A stretch of 63,024 nt of DNA, counting the filler, from Alcyonidium flabelliforme (taxonomy: Eukaryota), in NCBI GenBank assembly GCA_026167845.1. It is 37 parts of 37 records of this genome, joined end to end, with 100 filler letters (N's around TTAATTAATTAA, not from the genome) between each part and the next. Parts side by side here need not be neighbours in the genome. Positions count along the whole stretch, not along the records: positions 1 to 1,733 come from JAOQFJ010000086.1; positions 1,834 to 3,557 come from JAOQFJ010000087.1; positions 3,658 to 5,375 come from JAOQFJ010000089.1; positions 5,476 to 7,161 come from JAOQFJ010000090.1; positions 7,262 to 8,943 come from JAOQFJ010000091.1; positions 9,044 to 10,723 come from JAOQFJ010000092.1; positions 10,824 to 12,501 come from JAOQFJ010000093.1; 30 more parts are not named here. One strand, written 5' to 3'. A program made the translations under genes and the position numbers. Positions 1 through 11,286 of the stretch are shown one piece after another (position 1 is the first letter of the stretch; every line of letters starts with the position of its first letter). The notes beneath the pieces are model-generated. The model saw only the letters and a list, made by a program, of their open reading frames with translations, had not been told where the DNA came from and searched no databases.

Positions 1-439
1 TTTGGTCTTGAGGACGCATCTAAGGTTGCAGATGATGGCAAATGTACAAAGATGGGTTACATTGCAGATATCATGGCCAATGCTAGAAAGATCACTTCCA
101 AAAAGTGCAGCACATTTGAAGAGTTCAGTAATGCCATACTGGAGTGTGTCCTTATGTTGGCAAAGAATGGTCACAGACTTGATTTAGTCTTTGAAAGATT
201 CTGAAAGAAAAAGACGAGAAACTGAAAATCCAATTGAAATCAATGTGGTCAGTGGTGACACACTTTGCCAATCCAGATGGACAGGCTTTGTCCATCAAAC
301 ACTACCAAGCACAACCTTGAACTATTGCTCAGTCAGCGAGCAATTACACAAGCTAAAGAGAAGCCATCAGATCTGCTGGTGAACCAGGAACAGTTCCATG
401 CCTTTCCTGTTGTGATGGCCTTTCTTTCTATAAACTGTG

Positions 440-1246
440 CATTGATATAGAAAGAAGTGGCAGACAGCCGCATCATTCCTCACGCCATCCACGCTGCACG
501 AGCATGGAATGGAAAGACTAGTGGTACTCTCCCCAGATACTGACGTCTTTGTCCTACTTATGTATTACTGGGAGGCACCGCCATGTTAAAGGCCGTGTTG
601 AATTGTGTTTAAAAGTTGGTGTGGGGGATTCAACACGACTCATCCCTATCCATTCACTTGCATCGAACATCAGACCCGACCTTTGTAAAGTACTGCCTGC
701 AATTCACACACTTACTGGGTGTGATTATACTAGTAAGGTGCAGGGGACAAAGCAGACCCACTTAAAGCGAATCCGTTGGTTAACCCGCGAAAATGGGTCT
801 ACTGACGATGATGTTGCCAATGCCGAAGCATACATAGTTCTGAAAAAGGGAACACGCCGTACCAGTATGGATGATTTGCCTGATCACCTTTTTCACCACA
901 GGGTATCATTAGAGTAATTGCCGCCAACAAGCCATGCAATTGAGAAACACATCAAAAGGGTGTATTATGCAACTAATGAAATGACAGCCATTATGACACC
1001 ACAACCGGTCTCTCTTAATCCTGTTGCCTATGGATTTTTTATGAGGAAGATGAACTCCTCGTGCCGGTCACAGGAATAAGACCAATTCCAGAGAAACGGG
1101 CTATAAAATGCAATTGTCTGAAATGTGCAACAGACAGATGTCTCTGTTGCAAGTGCATTCCTTCTTCTACATTTTGTCCATGTCAGGTTACATATGACGA
1201 AACTTCTTTCAAAAATCCTGCTTATGTAATAACAGTCAGAATTTGA
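440..1246 (+). pseudogene. Frameshifted remnant of an invertebrate transposon-associated protein (PIN/FEN1-like DTDV...GCD motifs plus a Cys-rich CXC-like tail)
   Basis: Motifs VVLSPDTDVFVL, TLTGCDYTSK, LPPTSHAIEKHIKR and CNCLKC..RC.CC occur in changing frames with stops. Confidence 0.6.
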
Positions 1247-1833
1247 TGAGTTCAGTCATGTACTGAGACATTATTTTGAGTTTTATGATATGCATAATTT
1301 TGAATCATTTTCACATCAATGATTTGAAAATATGAATCTCCTTTATATAGTTCAGCAAGTACTGCTACTAGCATTATTCAGGTCCGTGATTCTAATGAAG
1401 TACCTATAGCATCCAATGGTTAATATCTTGGCATGTGAAGAAGATATTTACAAGAAAACAGTTCATTCTGCCTTTAGAAAACGTAAGTTACAGAGTATAA
1501 TGATAGTTTCTATTTGAAGAAGTCCAAAAAATGTTCTTTCATATCCGTCTTCATATACGGCATTGGAAAAAATAGTATTTTCAAAGTAAGGCTATTTTAC
1601 CCGCTGTAATTAATATTATTTAGGTTTTCTACGAGTTAAACACAGTTTATGCAAAGCAATGTGATCAGGAATCTCTTGGCTATTGGAAACTTCCAGCAAC
1701 ATTGAAAAAATTAGTCACACCTTCCTGAAAATGNNNNNNNNNNNNNNNNNNNNNNNNNNNNNNNNNNNNNNNNNNNNTTAATTAATTAANNNNNNNNNNN
1801 NNNNNNNNNNNNNNNNNNNNNNNNNNNNNNNNN

Positions 1834-2187
1834 GAAATAGCCACAGCACAAATCGGGATCACAACAGCCGGTTTACGTGCATTTTCTACGTTAATGCATT
1901 GGGAAATGGGTGTTATAGCCAAAGCATTGGGAACGACTGAACGCACTTTATTACGCAACAAAGAAAAACCCTTAAATAAACAGATCAGTGAGAATGCGCT
2001 TGAAGTCGCAAGGCTATCAAGCTTTGGTGCGGCATATTTCGGTAATATCGACAACTGGAATACGTGGCTAGACACGCCGAACGTCCAATTTGATAACCAA
2101 CCACCGCGTTCAATGATGAACAGCATCCGTGGCCGCGAATTGATACGCAGAGTTATTAACGGGCTACAGTATGGATTCACTGCTTAA
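1834..2187 (+). CDS. Xre/MbcA/ParS-family antitoxin, 5' partial
   Basis: C-terminal FG...WLDTPN..FDNQPP..MM.S..G.E.I..V pattern; stop overlaps the RES start (TAATG). Confidence 0.9.
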   Translation, partial: EIATAQIGITTAGLRAFSTLMHWEMGVIAKALGTTERTLLRNKEKPLNKQISENALEVARLSSFGAAYFGNIDNWNTWLDTPNVQFDNQPPRSMMNSIRGRELIRRVINGLQYGFTA

Positions 2188-2660
2188 TGATTGTGTACCG
2201 TATCGGCCCCAAACAATATAACAATGTCAGCAACTGCCTTTCTGGATTAGGCGGCATGGTCGCAGAAGGCCGGTGGCATTATGCAGGTGCCCCTATCGTT
2301 TATACCGCCTCAACGCGGTCGCTTGGTATGCTTGAACGCTTAGTTAATGATTCACAAGAAATACTAAAAGAAAACTTGAGTGTCGTTCTTATTCAAATAC
2401 CAGATACGTTAAAGGTACTAAGGTTAGTGGAGGGTGAGCTTCCTACCGGTTGGAACGCGTACCCTTATGCTGCAGATACTCAGTCACTTGGAAGTGACTT
2501 TTTAATGAATGGAGCCTCTGCAGTGCTTCAAGTACCATCAAGCCTATGCCCGCAAGAATATAATTTTATTATCAACCCGCAACATCCTGATGCACGTAAA
2601 ATAAAATGCATTGATTGTTCTGACTTTGTTTATCCAAATAGACTAGCTAATAAGCTGTAG
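2187..2660 (+). CDS. RES-domain toxin (NAD+ phosphorylase family)
   Basis: VYRI, GRWH..G.PIVYTA, LE.LV, VPS, E.NFIINPQHPD motifs. Confidence 0.93.
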   Translation: MIVYRIGPKQYNNVSNCLSGLGGMVAEGRWHYAGAPIVYTASTRSLGMLERLVNDSQEILKENLSVVLIQIPDTLKVLRLVEGELPTGWNAYPYAADTQSLGSDFLMNGASAVLQVPSSLCPQEYNFIINPQHPDARKIKCIDCSDFVYPNRLANKL

Positions 2661-2751
2661 TAAAACTTATTATTTATAAGAAGCACTTATTTATGTACCC
2701 ATTGAATTATTTGGTACTATTACATCCAAATTTATTAACAGAGTATTATTT

Positions 2752-2943
2752 ATGGAAACCAGCGAAGAGAAGATTACATGCCCCGGCTGTCGAGAAGATT
2801 TTTTGCTAACAGAATATAATCCAAACGGTGTTGGTGGAGAGAGAGAACGCTACTCATGCCCCTATCCTGGTTGCAATTTTTCAGCTAAGCAATATACGCC
2901 TGGCAGTTTTTCCACTTCTATAGACACGGAAGGGACAAATTAA
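2752..2943 (+). CDS. Small zinc-ribbon-like protein
   Basis: 63 aa with CPGC and CPYPGC pairs. Confidence 0.55.
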   Translation: METSEEKITCPGCREDFLLTEYNPNGVGGERERYSCPYPGCNFSAKQYTPGSFSTSIDTEGTN

Positions 2944-3057
2944 ATGCGACCTAGATTAGTACCTACTGATGGCATTGGATGGATTTTTAGAATTAGATAG
3001 AATGGTTCTGGCGCAGCCTGCGAAGACAAAATAAGCGCCAAAACCAAAAACGATATT

Positions 3058-3557
3058 TTAATATTTTATGCATTGCTCCTCAATAAAGTCCAAATTATCT
3101 TCTACATTTATTACAAAATATTCATTTGTACGAGGCCTATAAAAACCATCAAAATCTATTTTCCCTGCATTATAGATTTGAACAATGTCTTTATGTAACT
3201 CTGAGTGAGACCATGTTCCACCATAAATTTCCATAAAGATGTCTACATGATTCCCCGGAAAACTTAATAGCTTTAAGGCTCTTCTTGGTTGAGTTTTAAA
3301 AACAATAGGCTCAAGGTTAGGTATATTGCTACACCCAAAGTTCGCGTATCTATTTGCCTCAGCGTGATTGTTACTAAGCCACAATGTACCCTTAACTGGC
3401 AATCCTGGTTTATGCGCTCCACCATGGTATAAGTTTGAAGCTTGTTGACCTTGGTACATTGAAAGCTTTGAAAAATGCTCATATAACATTTCATTGATAG
3501 GTGTAGGTTCTGCCATAGATTGAGTTGCTTCTTGATAGTTAATTTTGTTTTCAACTT
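3058..3557 (-). CDS. Putative ADP-ribosyltransferase-fold protein; frame open to the contig edge
   Basis: LYHGG...GTLWLS...AEANRYA...DGFY....NEYFV spacing resembles H-Y-E clade ART domains. Confidence 0.5.
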
Positions 3558-3657
3558 NNNNNNNNNNNNNNNNNNNNNNNNNNNNNNNNNNNNNNNNNNN
3601 NTTAATTAATTAANNNNNNNNNNNNNNNNNNNNNNNNNNNNNNNNNNNNNNNNNNNN

Positions 3658-3684
3658 TGTGAGAGTAGGTCATCGTCAGCTCTC
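3658..3684 (+). rRNA. rrf: 3' end of a bacterial 5S rRNA
   Basis: TGTGAGAGTAGGTCATCGTCAG matches the conserved 5S 3' end; a terminator follows. Confidence 0.75.
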
Positions 3685-3695
3685 TATTCTGAAAT

Positions 3696-3730
3696 ATCCC
3701 CCGACATTAGCTTGTCGGGGGATTTTCTTT
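3696..3730 (+). terminator. Intrinsic terminator of the rRNA operon
   Basis: 11-bp stem ATCCCCCGACA/TGTCGGGGGAT, 6-nt loop, T-rich tail. Confidence 0.85.
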
Positions 3731-3812
3731 GTGTGTGATTAAAAAGATACTCATGATATAAAAATTAACTGCTAAACTAACTTGGTTAACTAATTATTAG
3801 TGAATCGAGGAA

Positions 3813-5018
3813 ATGTATATGGGTTCAATGGTTTCATTTGGTATTGGGAAACTAGAATTAGATTGGGGTAAAAATAACTCTTACAGCGATCATGGCTCTT
3901 TATTTCAGGTCAGTGATGTAAAAGATATCCCTTATTATTATTCGGATAATATTATTGAATATAAAGAAGGCTTAAGTCGAAAACTTGGATCAACAAAAAG
4001 ACGTTTAGACCTTCTTGGCTACAATCTAGATTCTCTTAAAAGGCAGTATGAAGATCATTTAAATGAAGTTCCAGAGTATTATCCTGATATACCTCTACCA
4101 TTTTACGATTTCTACTCAATTATATCTAATTTAGATATTTCTAAAATGACGCTTGATGATGAGTGGGAAGATTATGACCCTGGAGAGTTCCTTTCCAAGT
4201 ACTTATTTAAACACTCAGAATTTAATAAAATACATAATTTGTCAGAGATAGTAGATAAAGATATTGGATTGGTCTTTGAGAATATTGATCCTTATATTAC
4301 ATTACGTATTTTAGCTGAAAATCAGGCTAATAATGATCTTGATGTTTTTTGGAGTTATGCTGATATAGTCAATAACGGCTGGGTTCGTAGAGATGAAATT
4401 TTTGAAAAAGTAGGTGTAGGTCAGGAAATTTTATTTGTTACAGAAGGTTCGTCAGATACTCACATACTAAAGAAAGCCATACAGTTACTATATTCAGATA
4501 TCTCTGATTTTTTCACATTTATCGACATGGAGGATAATTATCCATTTACGGGAGATGGGAACCTCTATAACTTCTGTAAAGGGCTTATAAGTATTGGTAT
4601 TAAAAAAAATGTTTTAGTTATATTTGATAATGACGTAGCAGGTGTGGCTAAATACAATCAGCTGAGTGAAATGGATGTTCCATCTAATATGCATATTATC
4701 AAGCTACCAAATCACGCATCTTTTGAATCCTATAAGACAATAGGTCCACAAGGTGAAAGCTTCGAAAATATTAACGGTACAGCTGTAGCCATTGAATGTT
4801 TCTTAGATCATTCAGTCATTGACAGTACGGAATCTTGTATTAGATGGACTTCATATAATAAATCATTGGATGCTTATCAAGGTGAATTGATTGATAAAGA
4901 TAGATATACAAGAAAGTTCCTAAAGTTCAATCATAATAATGGTAATTATGATTACGAGAAGTTGAAATTTTTGATTGATTTTATATATAACGAGTGGATT
5001 GGGAGAGTTTCTCAATAA
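3813..5018 (+). CDS. HEPN/Toprim N-terminal domain fused to an OLD-type Toprim domain (putative defence nuclease)
   Basis: N-terminal MGSM......ELDWGKN signature; Toprim FVTEGSSD and IFDND.AG; GAGG RBS. Confidence 0.8.
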   Translation: MYMGSMVSFGIGKLELDWGKNNSYSDHGSLFQVSDVKDIPYYYSDNIIEYKEGLSRKLGSTKRRLDLLGYNLDSLKRQYEDHLNEVPEYYPDIPLPFYDFYSIISNLDISKMTLDDEWEDYDPGEFLSKYLFKHSEFNKIHNLSEIVDKDIGLVFENIDPYITLRILAENQANNDLDVFWSYADIVNNGWVRRDEIFEKVGVGQEILFVTEGSSDTHILKKAIQLLYSDISDFFTFIDMEDNYPFTGDGNLYNFCKGLISIGIKKNVLVIFDNDVAGVAKYNQLSEMDVPSNMHIIKLPNHASFESYKTIGPQGESFENINGTAVAIECFLDHSVIDSTESCIRWTSYNKSLDAYQGELIDKDRYTRKFLKFNHNNGNYDYEKLKFLIDFIYNEWIGRVSQ

Positions 5019-5255
5019 GCGAATTGAACTAGAACTCAATTCTGAACTATATTTATTTGCTATCATTTGGCTACGCTACACTTTTTGATAAAAGCTCGCT
5101 GCGTACTGTTAGCACTTTAAGAAATGTTATAAGCAAAGTTTTATTTTGAAAGCACTTAAACCTAGTATTTTAGCTAACACACCTAAATTACTGAATACAG
5201 TTGAGCTAGCCAAGATAACTACTAAGTTATTAGTATATTATTTAAGTTTACATAT

Positions 5256-5375
5256 CTAAAACAACTCACCCATCTCAATGTCTTCTTCAAAATCAAACCC
5301 CAACTGCTCGTTTTTACGCAGCCGCATGAGCTCGATACGTAGTTTACGTCCTGCGATAAGCCTTAGTACCTCGCG
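5256..5375 (-). CDS. C-terminal 39 aa of an unidentified convergent gene
   Basis: Open frame from the contig edge: REVLRLIAGRKLRIELMRLRKNEQLGFDFEEDIEMGELF-stop. Confidence 0.45.
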   Translation of the reverse strand, partial: REVLRLIAGRKLRIELMRLRKNEQLGFDFEEDIEMGELF

Positions 5376-5479
5376 NNNNNNNNNNNNNNNNNNNNNNNNN
5401 NNNNNNNNNNNNNNNNNNNTTAATTAATTAANNNNNNNNNNNNNNNNNNNNNNNNNNNNNNNNNNNNNNNNNNNNATTC

Positions 5480-6620
5480 GACTGAGTTCACGTCTTGTTT
5501 ATTTATTCATTTATTTTTGGCGGCATTTCAAAGCGACGCCACAGATGTGGATTATACACGCCAGAGGCGTGATTTATATTATAGGCGAACAACCCTGTTC
5601 GCTTTTATGGTTAACCCGTATTCGAAATTAATTATCTTTAACACGTATATTCGAAATGAGAAATCCGCTACAACACATTACTTAGCCTATCGACTTCCGT
5701 TGTCGCACTGGGCGAGCTAAAATTTCCTGCCGTGGGATCCCTAGATCACAACAACCGATTGGTCTACCCGAGCTATAGCCTCGTTATAGCCGACGAATGA
5801 CCGCAAAGGTTATTTACACAGCCTCGTTCCTAAGCTCAACGTCAAGCCCAAATGCGTACGTCATATCCTGTTTTGAACAGGGTCCAATCAGCGAACTCTA
5901 TCCACTGTTCTACACCAGACCTACTTCTCTGTGAAGTTGATCTGGTTGCCAGATTATAACACAACATTCAAACGCATTGGTTTACACAAACTCATCCTTT
6001 GATAAGAACAAAACTTATTGTGAATAGTTCAATAAATAGTAGCAAAGAAATGGTCACGTCCAACGCCGAGTTGATAAGCTTTTTCAACTGTAAAAAGGCC
6101 TTTTAAAACCGTTTAAAATTCAAGACGTTTAAAAACGAGTGCGACTCCTAACGGAATTTTCCGGCGCCGAAAGAAAATAAAAAATTCGTCTGTTGTCAGT
6201 GTGTCTTATAATGGCATTCGATGGTTTTGTTGAGTATCATCGCGATGTTGATGAATTAAATGTTTAACTAAGTTTATTTTGAAGAATTTAATGGTTTGAT
6301 TTCACCCCTGGTCTTGGCATTTTAATAAATCTCATAAAATTCCTAAGTAGAGTGTATCGTCTGCCGTGGCTTAGCGGTCTGTAAAGCGTTTGCGTGCATC
6401 GCACATGGACTCCTTATCTGGAGATTGCGGGTTCGAATCCTAGGGACGACTTTTTATTTTTTTATTTTTTGTTGGCTTTTTATTAAAATAATAATTACGG
6501 ATTGTATTTAAAATAACACTGAATTCACGTCTTCTTTATTTTCAAAAATTTATTTATTTTTGGCGACATTTCAAAGCTACGCCACAGATGTGGATTTTAC
6601 AGGCCAGAGGCGTGATTTAT
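5480..6620 (+). repeat. Two copies of a roughly 100-bp direct repeat (about 5480-5578 and 6519-6620)
   Basis: Shared CATTTCAAAGC.ACGCCACAGATGTGGATT.TACA.GCCAGAGGCGTGATTTATA. Confidence 0.8.
6360..6470 (+). mobile_element. tRNA-derived SINE head or pseudo-tRNA
   Basis: A box TGGCTTAGCGG, B box GGTTCGAATCC, T-rich tail; no clean cloverleaf. Confidence 0.6.
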
Positions 6621-7261
6621 AACATTATTATTGGATTTTTACACATAGTTGTTCGCATTCAAGGCAATGCCTTCTCATAATTTTTTAACGAATTTGACGG
6701 TTTAGGGTAAGTGCGAGTATCTCCGAGGCATATGGTAATTCCGAGGTATACCTTCAGTTCTACATCTTCTAGAAGTCCTTGTATAAAATGAATACGGCAG
6801 GTTCTTGACCCATAACAAAACTGTTTGAATGCACTTTAGAAACAAAGTATCCGCGCGCGACTTCCACGTGAAAAACGCCAACTTTTAAAAAGTAGGTCAA
6901 GTTAGCGATATTTCCCGCCATTTGAGACTACCTCGTTACTTTTTGCCTGAATTCAACTAATTTTGCAAAATCTGTCTTGTGTTTGAATGAATAAGGTGTC
7001 GAAAATGCTAAATTTGATAAAGGTAAGAAATTCAAGTCTTTTCAAGCTTTATTTTATTTTTTATTGAAGTTTTAAATCAGATACCTCGGAATTACCAACA
7101 CTTTCACAAATCGTAGTGGGTCTCGTTAAAACGATCGTACCTATGAAATCTAACGGTCAATNNNNNNNNNNNNNNNNNNNNNNNNNNNNNNNNNNNNNNN
7201 NNNNNTTAATTAATTAANNNNNNNNNNNNNNNNNNNNNNNNNNNNNNNNNNNNNNNNNNNN

Positions 7262-8943
7262 GAATGTCAAAAAGGGTTTATTTTGAACACGTAATGGTAT
7301 TTATTAGACTCTTGGCCCCAACTCATGCCAACCCTTGGCCGGAAACAGCTGGCCAGGGACACCTGTCGGAGGCCTGAAAATTTGAAGCTGAAATCTGGTG
7401 GGTTTTTTTCGATTGCAAATAGCAAAAAATCGAGCAGGATGGCCCCCATTGAGACGGGGATTATTTAAATTCCATGTGTTTGTTCTTGCTGAAGCTATAA
7501 GCCCCTTAACCAAATTCACTCAACTTTGGCGGCAATTTTCAGCCAAAAAACCTGTATTTTGAGTATTTTTGCATCGATTTTTCACCTCGTGCCATGCTTT
7601 TAGAGGGGTCAGCAAAAATTCTCAAATGGGTTTAGGAGCTGATTTTTTAGTGTTTTCTAATCTTGGGGATCAGTCAAATTGAATGTACTTTTATTTTTAT
7701 TCCAGGCTTGTGTGTAGACGGAATCATAGCAGATTAAAGAAAGGCACCAGTCGCCGCGTCAAGAATCAAGCTTTCTACTGTTTCTTGGTACCTTATAGAG
7801 GTGATGGGTCTATATGCAGTTTTCAACTTTGATTTTAAGGGGCCAAAACTGTTTGTGTTTGTTGTAAGGCATATCAATATCACAAAAATGTGGAAACATT
7901 CTCGATTTTTACAAAGATTGCTGTTCAAACTGGATCTTAAGGTGACCCCCGACCAAGGATTGCAAAGCCTCAAAACAGCAATTTTTGGGACGAACAGTTT
8001 TGGCCTCTTTTTATGACTGCTATCTGTTCCAAGAGGCATTTAGCAGTTTTTTGTCACTCAAATCATTGCAATTAAGGAAATCATGCCATATTTTTGTCAA
8101 TTGTGTGAATTTTGGGGTTCCAAGCTCCATATTTTGTGACAAAAAGAACTGGTGAAAAATCCATGTCTGAACCCTAGTAGGTAATGATTGCTGTTCGATT
8201 GAAATTAAGACATCCACTGTGGCACGGTTTCCTTTTGTTTAAACCAACATAGTGTCTGCCAAGCATTTTCGTGCATTCTAGCAGATTTTTGATAATACTT
8301 AAGGTAGTTGTGGGCCCAAATAGGGAAAAGTTGTTGCCATGCCAAAATTGCTTGAAAATGACAGAGTGTCACCAATTTTTAAACGGAGTACACCGGTTCT
8401 TAGAATTCTCAATTTTGCATCCAAAACCATCTATTTTTATTCAAAATACATGGAAGGGCTAGTTGGGAACAAAAAATTATTTTGAATGAATTCAACTTCG
8501 GTCCATAAGGTATTGGTGAACAGTAGAGGCCACTGTTTTTCAAAAAGACCCGGGTGGATTTTATTAATCATAGGAATCCTCGGCTTTTTCTTGCATTTTA
8601 TTGTGTCTAAATGATTTTAATGATCAGGAATGTCAAAAAGGGTTTATTTTGAACACGAAATTGTATTTATTAGACTCTTGGCCCCAACTCATACCAACCC
8701 TTGGCCGGAAACAGTTGGCCAGGGACACCTGTGGGAGGCGTGAAAATTTGAAGCTGAAATTTGGTGGGTTTTTTTCGATTGCAATTTGCAAAAAATCGAG
8801 TAGGACACCCCCCATTGAAATGATGATTATTTAAATTCCATGTGTTTGTTCTCACTGATGCCATAAGCCTCTTGACCAAATTCACTCGGTGGTTGGTGGC
8901 AATTTTGGGTCAAAAAACCTGTATTTTCAGTATTTTTGCATCG
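7262..8943 (+). repeat. Long direct or tandem repeat, period 1366 bp (7262-7577 repeated at 8628-8943)
   Basis: Both copies start GAATGTCAAAAAGGGTTTATTTTGAACAC and stay aligned for about 315 bp. Confidence 0.9.
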
Positions 8944-9624
8944 NNNNNNNNNNNNNNNNNNNNNNNNNNNNNNNNNNNNNNNNNNNNTTAATTAATTAAN
9001 NNNNNNNNNNNNNNNNNNNNNNNNNNNNNNNNNNNNNNNNNNNTTGTATCACATGAAGAAATGTTCGTGTCTCACCATTCCTCTTTTGAAGGACATTTTC
9101 CCATTAAACAGTCTTAAACAAGGGTCTACCTCTATGTTCACTAAATAGTTTCATCCGACTGGTAGATAGATATAATGAAACATATTCTTTCGCTCACAGT
9201 CGATAAATTACGTACCGTTTAACGTTTTCGTCCCTGCACCTCTGTGGTTTTTCTCAACGAACGGAGCAAGACACCGCTCTCGTGACGTAAGAAATGACGT
9301 CACAAGAACCAGTTCACCAAATCATCAGTTTTGAATTGAATTTTTTTGAATTGAAAAATCATTTATTCATATAAACCATAAATTACAATAGTGTATGCAT
9401 TTATAAATATAGGAGACAACCCGAAGGTTTTTTTAAAAACCGCTGAGTGGGCGCCACCTTTACAATACATAATAAAGTTTAAATATATAAAATTATTTAA
9501 TTAAAAAATTCCAGAAAAAAACCCACTTAATTCAAATAAATTAGCATGGACCAATAGTCTTAAATGTTTTTTTATGATTAGATACTTTTAATTAGACTTA
9601 TGAAGGTTAATATCGATATCGCAC

Positions 9625-10723
9625 TCATAACCTAACATTGCAAACATAACAATTATAAACATTACATACATTATTGTATTTAGACAAAATGTGTTGTTTA
9701 CAAGAGTGTACAAAACAATGAAAAGAGACAGAACTAACTTTTTCCAAAATACTTATTGACACATAATCACTATTTATGAGAATTGGAATGTAATATCGGA
9801 GACACTTCTCAGATAAATATCTATTTGAATGTTGAACATTAACTAGTCGTGTTGACAAAAGTGAATAAGGATTGATAAAGTTGTCAAAAATAGTTGGTCT
9901 ATTTATAATTCTTCTTTCATGATTTACATTGTTCAATAATATGAAATTCGAATTCAAAAAATATGATGGAATATTTTTACAGCAATGTTTGTAATACAAT
10001 TTCAGTATTGAAAGTTTGAGTAAATCATCAAATAATAAACACCTTAGTTGTTTACATAATGGTTGACGGTGTGAAAGATATGAGGAATTTGTAACATTAC
10101 GTATAGCTTTCTTTTGTAACACTCTTAATCTATCACATTGGCCAAAGCCCCAGATAGTTATACCATAAGTAAGATAGGGTAATAATAAACAGTTGTAAAT
10201 TATAGTAAGGATATTGACTGGCAGATACAATTTCAACTTAGATAGTACACCATTAATTCTGCTAATTTTATTAGCAATTTGATTGATATGCTTGTCAAAG
10301 AGAAGTCTATTGTCAAAATGTATACCCAGAAATTTCATCTCGGTAACATATTTAATTTGTGTACCATTTATTTCTAATGCAGGGACATGACACATCTCAA
10401 TATGTTTTTGTAGAAAATGGAATAACATAAATTTTGTTTTTGAGACATTAAGTGAAAGTTTGTTAACAACCAACCAGTCGTATAAACTTTGTAGTTTTAT
10501 ATTGATGCCAACACTTATTGCATCATTTATTGTTTGAGTATTGGTATTAACATCAATCGGAGTTAGAAGACATGTGTCATCTGCATACATCAAAAATTTA
10601 CAGTTGGTACAAACAGGTAGATCATTTACATATATAAGAAATAGTAATGGACCCAAAATTGATCCTTGAGGTACGCGAGTTGTTATTTCAAGAGATGATG
10701 AAGTTGTGTTTTCCAGAGAAACA
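9625..10723 (-). mobile_element. CR1/L2-group LINE ORF2, RT domain and C-terminus, 5' partial
   Basis: VPQGSILGPLLFLIYVNDL, YADDT, KLSLNVSKTK, FLGIHFD, YGITIWG, terminal CNVYNCYVC. Confidence 0.93.
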
Positions 10724-10842
10724 NNNNNNNNNNNNNNNNNNNNNNNNNNNNNNNNNNNNNNNNNNNNTTAATTAATTAANNNNNNNNNNNNNNNNNNNNN
10801 NNNNNNNNNNNNNNNNNNNNNNNAAATACAGGATATGTGTAA

Positions 10843-11286
10843 TATTAACCCGGATTAATTCCAACATGGCCGACTGGCGGCCATGTTGGTTCGCGAGAGG
10901 GCAATGTAATGTTGTGTCTATAGCCGCGAAGACGAAGTGGTACCTGGACGATTCAAAGGTGGTTCTAGGAAAGCCATAGGTTGGTGTTAGTAATAGGCTA
11001 GATGATATTTTAAAATGGCCTTGACAAGTAGGTCAAATGCTGGTACGAATCTTCGACATTTTTTACCGCGTGTAGCACTTTGTCTCACAGTAACTGCGTC
11101 ATTTTTTAGCCGATCAGCTCCATATTCAGTACAGAGTAAGTACAGGTTATATATAATATTGACCCACATTACTTCCATCATGGCCGACTAGTGGCCATAT
11201 TTGTTCCTGAGAAGGCATTTATAGCCGCAAAGACGAAGCACTACTTGGCCGATTCAAAGGTGGTTCTAAGAAGGCTATAGGTTGGT
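10843..11286 (+). repeat. Two diverged copies of a roughly 130-bp repeat
   Basis: CATGGCCGACT.G.GGCCAT ... GATTCAAAGGTGGTTCTA.GAA.GC.ATAGGTTGGT at about 10843-10986 and 11158-11286. Confidence 0.8.

Noticed and set aside
1734..1833. Regularly recurring N-TTAATTAATTAA-N block
   Set aside because: Artificial contig linker with stops in all frames. It is not a biological repeat or CRISPR, adjacency across it means nothing, and ORFs containing X runs are truncated.
6360..6450. Functional tRNA gene
   Set aside because: A and B boxes are present but there is no consistent acceptor or anticodon stem; treated as SINE-like
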